DNA of 64,000 bases from Dehalococcoidia bacterium (GTDB taxonomy: Bacteria; Chloroflexota; Dehalococcoidia; UBA2979). The translations under genes and the position numbers were made by a program. The notes below the pieces were generated by a model. That model was not told the DNA's origin. It saw only the letters and a program-made list of their open reading frames with translations, and did no database searches. The stretch is from contig OZ219872.1 of NCBI GenBank assembly GCA_964291495.2, forward strand, positions 869,358 through 933,357, given 5' to 3'. Shown here piece after piece: positions 39,849-53,365 of the stretch (its first letter is position 1; every line of letters starts with the position of its first letter).

Positions 39849-41054
39849 TCAGTCGCCAGCGTGCAGCTCGCCGTCCTCGAGGTGGTAGCGGCGCGCCTCG
39901 GGCAGCTCGTCCGCGCCGGGGCGGTCCGGGTCGGGCGTGGTGATCAGCACCTGGTCGACGCCATAGGCGGCGGCCAGCACGCGCTCGCGCCGCGCCGCGT
40001 CCAGCTCCGAGAGGATGTCGTCGAGCAGCAGCAGCGGCGGGTCGCCGGTGCGTTCGTGCGAGAGCGCGACCTCGGCGAGCCGCAGCGCGAGGGCGAGCGT
40101 CCGCTGCTCGCCTCGCGAGGCGAAGGCGCCCGCCTCCCCCTCGCCGATGGCGAACTGCACGTCGTCGCGATGCGGCCCGCTGCGCGTCATGCCCGCCGCG
40201 ATGTCGTCGCCACGGCGCGCGAGCAGCGTCTCGTGCAGCGCGGCCTGCGCGGCCCCGGTGGCGTCCTCGGGGCCCCCGGGCCCGGCGGCCGAGAGCGCCG
40301 CTGCCTGCTCCGGCGGCAGCCGCGGCTGGTAGCGCAGCTCGAGCGGCGGCGAGGCGGGCGCGAGTTGCTCCCAGCGCTCGGCGGCGCCCGCGGCGAGCGC
40401 GGCCAGCGCCGCAGCCCGGCCGGCGAGGATCACGCCGCCCGCCGCTGCCAGCTCGCCGTCCCAGAACTCCAGCTCGTCCACGCCCCGGCCGCGCCGCTCC
40501 TGCAGGCGCCGCAGCAACCCGTTGCGCTGCGTCAGCACTCGCTGGTAGCGCTGCAGCGCTCGCACGTAGCGCACGTCCAGTTGCGAGATCGTGATGTCGA
40601 GGTAGCGGCGGCGTTGACCCGGCGACCCGGCGATGATCTGGAGGTCGTCGGCGGAGAAGGGCACGACGCGCAGCTGGCCGATCAGGTCCGAGGCGCGCCT
40701 CGCGACGCCGTTGACGCGGAAGCGCCGGCCCGTCGAGGGCGGGCGGTCGTCCGCGGCAGCCGCCTCGCGCACCGTCACCGCCAGCTCGACGGCGACCGTC
40801 CCGCTCGCCGTCGCAACCTCGGCGGCAAGGCGCGCGGCGGGCAGCGGGTCGTCGCGCAATGCCTGCCGCGAGATTAACTCGAGGTCGGCGCGCGCCCGCG
40901 CGCTGCGCGCGGTCGCCAGCAGCGTGATCGCCTCGAGCAGGTTGCTCTTGCCGCTCGCGTTTGGCCCGCTGACCACGTAGCAGCCGGGTTCGAGCGACAG
41001 GTCGAGGGCGCGGAAGGTGCGGACGTTCGCGAGCGTGAGGCGGTCGAGCTGCAT
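39849..41054 (-). CDS. recF: DNA replication/repair protein RecF
   Basis: GPNASGKSNLLEAI, RRRYLD, GPHRDD, ASRGEQR, LLLDDILSELD. Confidence 0.95.
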   Translation of the reverse strand: MQLDRLTLANVRTFRALDLSLEPGCYVVSGPNASGKSNLLEAITLLATARSARARADLELISRQALRDDPLPAARLAAEVATASGTVAVELAVTVREAAAADDRPPSTGRRFRVNGVARRASDLIGQLRVVPFSADDLQIIAGSPGQRRRYLDITISQLDVRYVRALQRYQRVLTQRNGLLRRLQERRGRGVDELEFWDGELAAAGGVILAGRAAALAALAAGAAERWEQLAPASPPLELRYQPRLPPEQAAALSAAGPGGPEDATGAAQAALHETLLARRGDDIAAGMTRSGPHRDDVQFAIGEGEAGAFASRGEQRTLALALRLAEVALSHERTGDPPLLLLDDILSELDAARRERVLAAAYGVDQVLITTPDPDRPGADELPEARRYHLEDGELHAGD

Positions 41055-41072
41055 CGGGCGCCCCGCCTGGGG

Positions 41073-41972
41073 CTACCCCAGTTCGAAGCGCAGGCTACGC
41101 TCCGCCGGGGAGACGTCCGCCGCTTCCACGGCCACGCCGAGGCGTTCGCCGAGGGCTGCCGCGAGCGCCCCCGGGGCAACCGCCGAGTCGAACGTCAGCC
41201 GCAGCTGCGCCTCCCCCACCGCGTAGCCCTCGACATAGGCCTGATCCACGCCGACCAGCTGCGCGAGCGCCCCCTGCACGCGCAGGAGGCCCTGGAACCC
41301 CTCGACCGGCGCCACGCGCAACAGCACCGAGCCGCCCTCGGGCTGGAACAGCACGTCTCCATCGCTCTCGGCGCCGCTCCACGCCACGGCCTCGACGCGC
41401 TCGACGCCGACGCTCCCAACCGCCGCGCCCGCGTTCGGCGACACAGCCTCGACGGGCCCGGGTTCGCTCGCCGCAGCCTCGACGAGCCCGGGTTCGCTCG
41501 CCGCAGCCTCGACGGGCTCGGGTTCGCTCGCCGCAGCCTCGAGGGGCTCGTCCGTCGCCGCCTCGGGCTCGGGCTCGCTCGGCGGCGCAGTCGGCTCCTG
41601 CGCCTCGGCCTGCTGTAGCGCGTCGATGTCGCCGAGCAGCTCCTCGAGGAGCCGGACCTTCTCGGCCAGCTCCGAGCCCGGCGGCGGTTCCTCGGGCGGG
41701 GCGGCGAGGGCCTCGATTTGCGCTCGCGCGCCGTCGAACGACTCGTCGATCAGCTCCCGCGCGCGGGTGCGCGCGTCGGCGAGGATCTGCTCGATCTCGT
41801 CCATCGCGGGCGCTTCGCCCGCGGGGCGTCGCGGCGGCGCAGCAGGCTGCGCGGAGGGCTGCGCGGCCGGGAGGGCATCGTCGCCGGAGATGGCGACCAG
41901 TAACTGGCCGACGGCGCGAAGCAGCGCCGTCACTTCCGGCTGATGCTGCTCGCCGCCGCGCTGCGGCGTCAT
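41073..41972 (-). CDS. Hypothetical protein (coiled-coil N-terminus, acidic repeat linker, compact C-terminal domain)
   Basis: Coding-like ORF upstream of and co-directional with recF; GGAG RBS. Confidence 0.7.
   Translation of the reverse strand: MTPQRGGEQHQPEVTALLRAVGQLLVAISGDDALPAAQPSAQPAAPPRRPAGEAPAMDEIEQILADARTRARELIDESFDGARAQIEALAAPPEEPPPGSELAEKVRLLEELLGDIDALQQAEAQEPTAPPSEPEPEAATDEPLEAAASEPEPVEAAASEPGLVEAAASEPGPVEAVSPNAGAAVGSVGVERVEAVAWSGAESDGDVLFQPEGGSVLLRVAPVEGFQGLLRVQGALAQLVGVDQAYVEGYAVGEAQLRLTFDSAVAPGALAAALGERLGVAVEAADVSPAERSLRFELG
41445..41550. repeat. In-frame 30-bp tandem repeat (~3.5 copies; EPxxVEAAAS)
   Basis: GGTTCGCTCGCCGCAGCCTCGA at 41461, 41491 and 41521. Confidence 0.9.
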
Positions 41973-42095
41973 GCCGGGCTCCATCCTCGAGGGCGAGCGC
42001 CCCCGCGTCTGGCGCGCTGCCGCTCGTCCGCAGAGGATACGCTGGCCGCCGCCATCCTGCCGCAAGCGAGCGGGCGGCGTTCCGAGGAGGCGAGC

Positions 42096-43157
42096 ATGAC
42101 CACGGACACCACGAGTCACGAGCCGCTGCGCATCGGCTTCATCGGCGCGGGCGCGAACACCCGCTCGCGCCACATCCCCGGCTTCCAGGCGCTCGCGGGC
42201 GTCGAACTGGCCGCGGTCTGCAACCGCTCGCGCGAGAGCGGGCAGCGCGTCGCCGACGAGTTCGGCGTCGCCCGCGTCGACGAGGATCCCGAGGCAATCT
42301 TCAGCGACCCGGAGATCGACGCGGTCTGCATCGGCACCTGGCCGTACCGCCACCGCGAGTACAGCGTGCGCGCGCTCGAGGCCGGGAAGCACGTGCTCTG
42401 CGAGGCGCGCATGGCGATGGACGCCGCCGAGGCGCGCGAGATGCTGGCCGCCGCGCAGGCGCGGCCGGACCTCGTGGCGCAGCTCGTGCCGGCGCCGTTC
42501 GACCTCGCGAGCTGGCGCACGATCCGCCGCCTGCTCGCCGAAGGCGCGCTCGGGGAGCTGCGCGAGGCGCACGTCACCGTGCTGGGCGGGGGCGCGCTCG
42601 ATGCCGCGCAGCCGCTGCACTGGCGCGAGCGCAGCGAGTACTCCGGCCGCAACACGATGATGCTCGGCATCTTCGCCGAGACCGTGCAGCGCTGGCTCGG
42701 TCCGACCGAGCGCGTCGTTGCCGACGCGGCGACCTTCGTCACCTCGCGGCACAACCCGGAGAGCGGGGAGGACTACGAGATCGGGATTCCGGACAGCCTC
42801 GGCGTCTTCGCGCGGATGGTGAACGGCGCGCGCGTCAGCTACCTGCTCGGCGCGCTCACGCACGCGCCCGCCCTCGCCAACGGCATCTCGCTCTACGGCA
42901 GCGCCGCCACGCTGCACTGGGCGCAGGCCGGCGACCGCATGACGCTCGCCCCGCTGGGCGAGGAGCCGCAGCCGCTCGAGCCGGACCCCGGCACCGCCGG
43001 CGCCTGGAACGTCGAGGCCGACTTCGTCGCCTCGATCCGCGAGGGCGCGCCCGTCGAGCTGACCAGCTTCGAGGACGGACTGCGCTACATGCAGTTCACC
43101 GACGCCGTCTGGCGCAGCTGGTCCGAGGGCCGCGCCGTCGCCCTCGACGAGCTGTAG
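42096..43157 (+). CDS. Gfo/Idh/MocA family oxidoreductase
   Basis: RIGFIGAG, IDAVCIGTWP, AGKHVLCEARMA; GGAGG RBS. Confidence 0.92.
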   Translation: MTTDTTSHEPLRIGFIGAGANTRSRHIPGFQALAGVELAAVCNRSRESGQRVADEFGVARVDEDPEAIFSDPEIDAVCIGTWPYRHREYSVRALEAGKHVLCEARMAMDAAEAREMLAAAQARPDLVAQLVPAPFDLASWRTIRRLLAEGALGELREAHVTVLGGGALDAAQPLHWRERSEYSGRNTMMLGIFAETVQRWLGPTERVVADAATFVTSRHNPESGEDYEIGIPDSLGVFARMVNGARVSYLLGALTHAPALANGISLYGSAATLHWAQAGDRMTLAPLGEEPQPLEPDPGTAGAWNVEADFVASIREGAPVELTSFEDGLRYMQFTDAVWRSWSEGRAVALDEL

Positions 43158-43237
43158 CCCCCAGGGCGTGGCGGGGCGTAGCGTGACCGTCCGATGAACC
43201 TGATGGGCCAGCGACACGACGAGGCCGGGCCGCGCCG

Positions 43238-44575
43238 GTGAGTGCGCCACCGCCGGACGCCTGCGCCGGGGGCGGGTGGAGTCGCGAGGCCTTCTCGCCG
43301 CTCGCCAGCGGCGCCTACCGGCGGCTCTGGACGGCGACGCTGATCCAGTTCCTCGGAATGATGACGGCGGGCGTCGTGCGCGCCTTCCTCGCCTTCGACC
43401 TGACCGGGTCCAACACAGCGGTCGCCGCCCAGCTCTTCGCCTTCGGGCTGGCGCTGTTCCCCACGATGATCGGAGCGGGAGTGATCACGGACCGGCTCTC
43501 GCGCAAGACCGTGCTCACCGGCGCGCAGCTGCTGTTGATGACGCAGGCACTGCTGCTCGGCGTGATCATCCTGAGTGGGCTGCTCGAGTACTGGATGCTC
43601 TTTTCCCAGTCCCTGATCGAGGGCTTCGCCGTCGCCTTCCTCGTGCCCTCGCGGCAGGCGATGACCGGGCAGCTGCTCGGCGGGCAGGGCGCGGGCCGAG
43701 GCGTCGTGTTGCAGCAGGGCGCGATGGGCGCGGGTCGCATCCTCGGGCCGATCGGCGGGGGCGCACTGGTCGGCACGGTCCTCGGCTTCGGCGGCGTCTT
43801 CCTGCTCGTCGCGCTCTGCTACGGCATTGCCGCCTGGATGACCTTCAGCGTGCCCGGCGAGTTTCGCGCCGAGGAAGAGTCCCGCGACTCGTTCTTCGGC
43901 ACGCTCGCGGCCGGACTGCGCTACGTGCGAGGGCGTCCCGCGCTGCTCGTCACCGTGATCACGGCGTACGTCGTGGCCCTCACCTCGATTCCCTACTTCG
44001 TGCTGCTGCCGGGAATGGTGATCGACGTCTTCGGACGCGACGCCTTCGAGCTCGGCGCGATCACGTCCGCCTCCTCCGTCGGCGCGATCGCCGTGACCGT
44101 CTGGGCGGCGGCGGTCGTGCATCGCCCTGTGGCCTGGCAGCTCTTCCTCGGCAATTCGTTCCTGTTCGGGCTGGTCGTCATCGCCTTCGGGTTGGCGCCC
44201 AACTTCCCGATCGCGCTCGTGATCATCGTGCTGCTGGGGGCGGTCGAGATGGGCTACATCTCGTTCGTGCTGGGGCTCGGCATGGCCTACTCGCACCGCC
44301 GTTACGATGGGCGCGTGCAGGCGCTGATTGTCTCCAGCTTCAGCTTCCTCGGCTTCGTCTCGCTCCCCATCGGCGCGCTCGCCGACGCGATCGGCGTGCG
44401 CGGCGCGCTCATCGCCGAGGGCGCCGCGGGCGCCGCGCTGATCGGCATCGTCGTGCTCTACTCGCGCCGCATCGGGGCCGCCGAGGACGCGCGCGTCCCC
44501 GCCGACGAGGAGCGCACCCGCGCCCTGGCGACGGACCATGACGCCGCCGGCGAGGCGTGGAGGCAGACTCCGTGA
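43238..44575 (+). CDS. MFS transporter
   Basis: About 12 TM segments, GVITDRLSRK motif, YDGRVQAL. Confidence 0.9.
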   Translation: MSAPPPDACAGGGWSREAFSPLASGAYRRLWTATLIQFLGMMTAGVVRAFLAFDLTGSNTAVAAQLFAFGLALFPTMIGAGVITDRLSRKTVLTGAQLLLMTQALLLGVIILSGLLEYWMLFSQSLIEGFAVAFLVPSRQAMTGQLLGGQGAGRGVVLQQGAMGAGRILGPIGGGALVGTVLGFGGVFLLVALCYGIAAWMTFSVPGEFRAEEESRDSFFGTLAAGLRYVRGRPALLVTVITAYVVALTSIPYFVLLPGMVIDVFGRDAFELGAITSASSVGAIAVTVWAAAVVHRPVAWQLFLGNSFLFGLVVIAFGLAPNFPIALVIIVLLGAVEMGYISFVLGLGMAYSHRRYDGRVQALIVSSFSFLGFVSLPIGALADAIGVRGALIAEGAAGAALIGIVVLYSRRIGAAEDARVPADEERTRALATDHDAAGEAWRQTP

Positions 44576-44996
44576 GACGCGACATCCGCGTGAGCGTCTT
44601 CGACTTCGGCGACTCGGTGCCGCGCTCGCCGCGCGAGATCCTCGTGCGCTTCCTCGTGCATGCCGCGGGGCTCTGGCTCGCGGCCGCGCTCGTGCCCGGG
44701 ATCCAGGTCGGTGACGTACCCTCGCTGGCGGCGGCGACGGCGATCTTCGGGCTGCTCAACGCGTTCGTGAGGCCGCTCGCCTACCTCGCCTCGGCCTGCC
44801 TGATCGTGCTGACGCTCGGGCTCTTCATCTTCGTGATCCACGCGGGGCTGCTGGCGGTCACGGCCTGGACCTGCGGACAGCTCGGCCTGGCTTTCAGCAT
44901 CGCCGGCTTCTGGTCGGCGCTGTTCGGCTCGCTGATCGTCTCGCTCGTCTCGCTGCTCGCCCACGTCCTGCAGCGCAGCCGCCGCGAGCGCGAACC

Positions 44997-45000
<4 letters not shown>
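44572..45000 (+). CDS. YvlD-like 4-TM membrane protein (phage holin family 4)
   Basis: IFGLLNAFVRP..LIVLTLGLFIFVI, GFWSALFGSLIVS. Confidence 0.85.
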
Positions 45001-48058
<3,058 letters not shown>

Positions 48059-48062
<4 letters not shown>

Positions 48063-49273
48063 GGGACGACCGCCGCCTCGGTGGGCGGCTCGCCGGCCGC
48101 CTCCGCCGCCTGCACGTCGTCGACCTCGTTGAGCAGCTCCTCGAAGAGCGCGATCAGCTCCGGGACGGGCTCCGCGCCATGCTGCGTGACGTAGTAGCGG
48201 GTGAACAGCTCGGTGGCGCTCAGCTGGCCGAGCGCCTCGACGGCGCTCTCGTCCTCCGGCAGCTCGTAATCGAGCTGCACGTCGACGGCGTTGGGCAGCG
48301 CCTCACGCACGCGCTCCGCGATGCCCGGCTCCGGCCGCTCGACATCGAGGCGCACGCGCAGGTACGCGTCGCCCGCCTCATCGCGCTGCGCCAGCACCTC
48401 GTCGAGGCTGCCGCGCAGCTCGGCGAGCGGGCGGCCCTTGGTGAGCGGCACGACGGTGTGCGCCACCGGCTGCCCAGGCTCGGCGTCGATGATGCGCACG
48501 ACCTTCTGCTGCCCGCGCTCGCCGAAGTCGAGCTGCAGCAGCGAGCCGCTGTAGGCGGTCGGCACGGGCGCCGCGAGGATCTCCTGCGGCTCGTGCACGT
48601 GGCCGAGCGCGATGTACTGGGGCGCGATCGGTAGCTGCGGCGCGTTGATCCCGTAGGTCTGGCCGATGTGCAGCAGGCGCTCCGAGCCGTCGACCCGCGC
48701 GACGCGTGAGCCGTCGACGAAGATGTGCGTCGCGAGGATGTTCACGCTCGGCTCGTCGCCGAAGCCGTCGCAGATCGCGCGCAGAATGCCCGCGACGCCG
48801 TCTGCGTAGGCGCCGAACCAGTCCTCCTGCAGGCCCATCACCGCCGCCGCGTCCACGTAGCGGCCCTCGGTGATGAAGGGCACGGCGGCGATCCGGGCGA
48901 CGTGGTCGCGGCCCTCGATCGTCAGCACGCCCCCGGCGTTGGGCCGCAGCACCTCGTGCTGCGTCTGCACGCCGAGCAGCTCGGAGAGCAGCCCGAGCGC
49001 CTCGAGCTTGCGAGGGTTGTCGTGGTTGCCCGCGAGCAGCACGGCCTGGATGCCGTGCCCGACGCACTCGCGCAGCGCCTCGAAGACCAGCCGGTCCGAC
49101 TCCGGCGAGGGCGTCGCCTTGTCCCAGATGTCGCCGCAGACGAGCAGCGCCTCGACCTCCTGATCGCGCGCGATCTCGATCACTTCGGCCAGCACTGCCT
49201 CGAACTCGGCCGTGCGGCTGCGGCCGCGCATCGTGCGGCCCACATGCCAGTCGGCGGTGTGCAGCAGCCTCAC
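48059..49273 (-). CDS. sbcD: SbcD/Mre11 nuclease
   Basis: LLHTADWHVG, GDIWD, AGNHD, YIALGHVH, YSGS. Confidence 0.95.
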
Positions 49274-50964
49274 TCGAACCTCGCGAACGGGTCGGCGGTC
49301 GTCGCGGCCTCCGAGGGGCGCGTCGCCCAGGCGGGGTAGGGGAACTGGAGCAGCAACGGCACCGGGATCTCCGGCTGCTGCAGGATCATCGTGCCCGGCT
49401 TGAGCAGCGAGGCGCGCGCCCGCGCCGCGGGCGTCAGGAAGCCGTACTCGCCGCGCTGCGCCTCGGCGGCGTCGAGGCGGCCGACCACGCGCAGCGCGCA
49501 GTTCGCAACGACGCGCGGCTCCACCTCGCTCGCCGTCTGCTGCGCGCCGATCAGGACGACGCCGAGCGAGCGGCCTCGTTCCGCGATGTCGAGCAGCACG
49601 TCCTTGATCGGGCTCTGGCCCTCGCGCGGGGCGTACTTGTTCAGCTCGTCGAGCACCACGAGCAGCAACGGCTTCGGCGAGCCGCTTGCCTCCTTGCGCT
49701 CGAACTCGCGCTTCAGCACCACGCCGACCACGAAGCGCTGGGCGCGGTCGTGCAGGCGGTGGATGTCGACGACCGTGACCTGCGCCCCGCCCGTCTCGAT
49801 GCGGTGCCGCTCCGCGTCCTCCGAGGCGAGCCCGCGGACCAGCTGCCCGACGTGCGGCCTCGCCGCCTCCAGCCGCCGCATGAAGGCGGAGACCGTGCCG
49901 GGGGCGGCGCGTCCGCCCCAGGCGCCCTCGTCCGGGTCGGTCATGCGCCCGATCGCGTCGACCAGCTCGTCGAAGTCGTTGACGACCTCGCCGCCGATCT
50001 TGACCGTCGGCGCATCGAGGGGCTCCGAGAGCCGGGCGGCCTGCGCCAGCTCCGACTCGACGCGCTGCACGACGAAGCCGAGCTGCGAGCGCTCGTCGTC
50101 GGCGTCGGCGAAGAGGAAGCGCAGGTAGCGCTCGGCGCAGAACTCGCGCAGCGTCCAGTAGAACCCGGTGACGCCGTCCATCCTCGAGCCGGTCAGCGGG
50201 ATCGGCTGGTCGCCGCGCGCCGCCGGCGCGAAGAGCCGCAGCGAGGGGAACGGGGCCGCCTTGAGGTCGAGGTCCGTGTAGCGCACGCGCTCGGCCTCGG
50301 GCAGTCCGGCGTTCGGCTTGTCGAGGAAGAGCAGGTCCTCGCCCTTGACGTTGAAGACGAGCGCCCGCGTGTTGGCCGTCTCGTGGCCGAGCACGCCGCT
50401 GCCGAACAGCGAGTAGAGCAGGAACATCGCGTACGAGGTCTTCGTCGCCACGCCGGAGACGCCGGAGATGTTGACGTGCGCGCCGCGCTGGCCGTCGAGG
50501 AAGTCGAGGTTCGCGAAGATCGGCTCGCCCGAGCGCGAGAGGCCGACCGGGAGGCGGCGCTCCATCGCGTCGAAGAAGAGCGCGCGGTCGCGCGCGGCGG
50601 CGTGGGCGCGGCGCACCGCCTCGCCGGGCCGCGGCGGCACGAAGATCTCCGGCTCGACGCGCGTGACCGAGACGTGCGCGCTGACCGCGGACTCGGCGGG
50701 CAGCACGCCGCTGCTCGCCAGCGCCACGTCCGAGGCGAAGCGCACGCCCTCCTGCACGGCGCGCAGCTCGTCGACGACGCCATAGAAGTCGACGTGCTGG
50801 CCGTCGGGCAGCGGCGAGGTGACGTGCACCACGTCGTCGAGCTGGAGGTAGCGCTGGGGGTCGACGTAGGTCCAGAAGCCGAGCGGCGTCGAGGCGCCCG
50901 CCTCGGTGCCGAGCACCAGACCCTCGGGCCGCTGTGCCTCCAGCTCCGGCTGCCGGCCTACCAT
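49270..50964 (-). CDS. herA: HerA-like ATPase/helicase (N-terminal barrel + FtsK/HerA ATPase)
   Basis: HVNISGVSGVATKTSY, VVLDELNKYAP, ERGRSLGVVLIGAQQ; lies between nurA and sbcD. Confidence 0.88.
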   Translation of the reverse strand: MVGRQPELEAQRPEGLVLGTEAGASTPLGFWTYVDPQRYLQLDDVVHVTSPLPDGQHVDFYGVVDELRAVQEGVRFASDVALASSGVLPAESAVSAHVSVTRVEPEIFVPPRPGEAVRRAHAAARDRALFFDAMERRLPVGLSRSGEPIFANLDFLDGQRGAHVNISGVSGVATKTSYAMFLLYSLFGSGVLGHETANTRALVFNVKGEDLLFLDKPNAGLPEAERVRYTDLDLKAAPFPSLRLFAPAARGDQPIPLTGSRMDGVTGFYWTLREFCAERYLRFLFADADDERSQLGFVVQRVESELAQAARLSEPLDAPTVKIGGEVVNDFDELVDAIGRMTDPDEGAWGGRAAPGTVSAFMRRLEAARPHVGQLVRGLASEDAERHRIETGGAQVTVVDIHRLHDRAQRFVVGVVLKREFERKEASGSPKPLLLVVLDELNKYAPREGQSPIKDVLLDIAERGRSLGVVLIGAQQTASEVEPRVVANCALRVVGRLDAAEAQRGEYGFLTPAARARASLLKPGTMILQQPEIPVPLLLQFPYPAWATRPSEAATTADPFARFE

Positions 50965-52028
50965 CGCGCACCTCCGGCGCCGTTCGAGGAGAGCAGTGCG
51001 TCCCCGGGCGGGGCTGGCTCGCGGGGTTCGGGCGCGGCGCGCAGCGCGCTCGCGATCAGCCGCCGCACCCACTCGCGCTCGCCTAGCCGCCGCGTGAGCA
51101 GCGACTCGAGCGCGCCGACCGGCGTCAGGTTCTGCGGCGCGCGCGGGTCGCGCACCGGCGAGGAAGCCAGCCGCGGCAGCGCCAGCGCACACTCGTCGGC
51201 CAGCGCCGCCGCCTCGCCGAGAGGAAGCGCTCCGGGAGCCTCGAGGCGCACGATGCCGCCCAGCGGATGCACGTGCGGGCCGAGGTCGGCGAGGCGCATG
51301 TACCAGGCCGTGCGGTCGCGCCCGCCCCGATCGCCGTCCTCGCCGCCTCCGGCGATGCGGAACAGCGGCGTCCGCTCGCCGACGGCGAGCTCAGGCAGCA
51401 GCGCGCGGTGGCGCGGCTCCAGGTACCAGCGGTAGGTGCGCTTCACGTAGCCGGCCACGCGCGGCCCCGGCGCGCGCAGCCGCAGCGGCCCGTCGACCAG
51501 CGTGAGCGCGCTCTCGTCCGCCGAGAGCATCTCGGCGAGGCGCGCCTCCTCGTCGAGCATCAGCCGGTTGAGCGCGGCCACGAGGTCGTTCGGTGTGCGG
51601 GCGTTGGGCGGCGTCTCGGCGCGGAAGCGCAGCCGTGCCGATCCGGCCGCGATCTCGCGGTCGCGAGGCTCGCCGCCCGCCTGCAGGTAGGCGCGCCGCA
51701 CTCGCGGCAACTCGCCCTCGCCCGCCTCGCCGTCGAGCACGCGGGAGCGCGCGCCCTCGCAGCGCACCGCGCCGACGGCGTAGGAGCCGAACAGCCCGTA
51801 GGCCGTCTCCCCGTCCGGCAGGTCGTCGAGCGCGTGCGCCTCCACGCGCCGCACGCCGTCGACGATCTGCACCGCGGCGGGCGGCTCGCCCGAGGGTCCC
51901 CGCGCGCGCCACTCGCCTTCGATCGAGGTGTCCACGGCGGTGGTGTCGTCGGTGTCGTCGGACGACTCGGGGTCGGCCTGCATGGCGCTGCCGTACTCGG
52001 GAGACCAGGGAAGCAGGCGCAGCGGCAT
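50958..52028 (-). CDS. nurA: NurA-like nuclease
   Basis: VDGVRR, LVDGPL, GYVK, GERTPLF, WYMRL, DPRAPQNL.PVGALE. Confidence 0.85.
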   Translation of the reverse strand: MPLRLLPWSPEYGSAMQADPESSDDTDDTTAVDTSIEGEWRARGPSGEPPAAVQIVDGVRRVEAHALDDLPDGETAYGLFGSYAVGAVRCEGARSRVLDGEAGEGELPRVRRAYLQAGGEPRDREIAAGSARLRFRAETPPNARTPNDLVAALNRLMLDEEARLAEMLSADESALTLVDGPLRLRAPGPRVAGYVKRTYRWYLEPRHRALLPELAVGERTPLFRIAGGGEDGDRGGRDRTAWYMRLADLGPHVHPLGGIVRLEAPGALPLGEAAALADECALALPRLASSPVRDPRAPQNLTPVGALESLLTRRLGEREWVRRLIASALRAAPEPREPAPPGDALLSSNGAGGARW

Positions 52029-52149
52029 CGCGGAAACCTCGCGCGGGCGCGGTGGTGTTGCGAACGGAACGTTGGGGAGTGAGCGCAGTATAGCCACAGT
52101 GCGAACGGCGGGGTTCCTGCCCGGCGTGCCCGCGTCGTACGCTCGCCTC

Positions 52150-52896
52150 ATGCCGTCACAAGACAGCCGAGGCAACACGACGCTGTTCGAGGACGACGCC
52201 GCGCGCGCCGGGTACGTACGCTCGATGTTCGGCGAGATCGCCGGGCGCTACGACCTGATGAACACGGTCATCACGGGCGGCCGTCACAGCGCCTGGCGGC
52301 GGGCCACGGCGCGCGCCCTCGTCCGCCCCGGCGACACCGTCCTCGATGTCGGCTGCGGCACCGGCGACCTCGCCTTCGACTGCGCGGACCGCGGTGCGGG
52401 AGCCGTGCTGGGCGTGGACTTCGCCGCGCCGATGCTCGCCCTCGCGCGGAACAAGGCGAGCGCGCGGCAGGCGGCGACCGTCTCCTTCGCCGCCGCCGAC
52501 GCGACCCGGCTGCCGCTGTCCGACGCGAGCGTCGACGTCTGGTGCGCCGCCTTCGTGTTGCGCAACATCCCGGACCTCGACGCCGCCCTCGCCGAGGCGC
52601 GGCGCGTGCTGCGCCCCGGCGGCCGCCTCGGCGTGCTCGAGATCACTAGGGTCGAACGCGGCTGGCTGCGTCCGCTCGCGCGCTTCCACTTCGAGCGCGT
52701 GGTGCCGCTGCTCGGGCGCGCGATCACGCGCCACCCTTCCGCCTACCGCTACCTGCCGGACTCCGTCGACCACTTCCCGGCGGCCTCGGAGCTGTCCGAG
52801 CGCATCGAGGACGCGGGCTTCGAGGCCGCCTCGATCCGCCGCTTCGGCCTCGGCACGGTCGCGCTGCACGTCGCTACGCGCCGGGGCGAGTCCTGA
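52150..52896 (+). CDS. menG: Demethylmenaquinone/UbiE-family methyltransferase
   Basis: MFGEIAGRYDLMN, LDVGCGTGDL, AFVLRNI, YRYLPDSV. Confidence 0.88.
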   Translation: MPSQDSRGNTTLFEDDAARAGYVRSMFGEIAGRYDLMNTVITGGRHSAWRRATARALVRPGDTVLDVGCGTGDLAFDCADRGAGAVLGVDFAAPMLALARNKASARQAATVSFAAADATRLPLSDASVDVWCAAFVLRNIPDLDAALAEARRVLRPGGRLGVLEITRVERGWLRPLARFHFERVVPLLGRAITRHPSAYRYLPDSVDHFPAASELSERIEDAGFEAASIRRFGLGTVALHVATRRGES

Positions 52897-53293
52897 CCTC
52901 GGTGGTGTTGACCATGCGCAGCGCGAGCGGGCGCAGGGCGTCCATGATCTCGCGGGTGAGCGCTTCCTCCGTGCCGTGCGCCTCGAAGGAGGCTTCGAGG
53001 TGCGCGAGCCAGCGCTCGGCCCCCCGTTCGGTGATCGCGAACGGGCGGTGGCGGCGGCGCAGCGCCGGCTCGCCGTAGATCCGGGTGTAGAGCGGCTCGC
53101 CGCCCATCCACTGCTCGAGGAACGCCGCCTGCTTGTCGCGGCCCGGCCGCAGGTCCGGCGGGAAGACGGGCCGCAGCTCCGCATCGGCCTCGATGCGGTC
53201 GTAGAACGTCTCCACGATCGCCACGAGGGCGTCGCGCCCGCCGAGGCGCTCCAATCTCGTGCGCGGCTGTCGTGTGCGTCGCTGCGCGGTCAT
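52874..53293 (-). CDS. Group II truncated hemoglobin (GlbO/YjbI-like)
   Basis: LGG...IVETFYDRI, FLEQWMGGEPLY, LRRRHRPFAI, ERWL. Confidence 0.9.
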   Translation of the reverse strand: MTAQRRTRQPRTRLERLGGRDALVAIVETFYDRIEADAELRPVFPPDLRPGRDKQAAFLEQWMGGEPLYTRIYGEPALRRRHRPFAITERGAERWLAHLEASFEAHGTEEALTREIMDALRPLALRMVNTTEVRTRPGA

Positions 53294-53365
53294 GGTCCAA
53301 GTATCGGCGATGCGCGCGCTGTGGTCGGCTCGGCGCTAGACCTCGACGGGGCTATCATCGCCCTC

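Noticed and set aside
49270-52028. HerA-based anti-phage defence system
   Set aside because: The partners are NurA and SbcCD, which is the DNA-repair context, not Sir2 or DUF4297.
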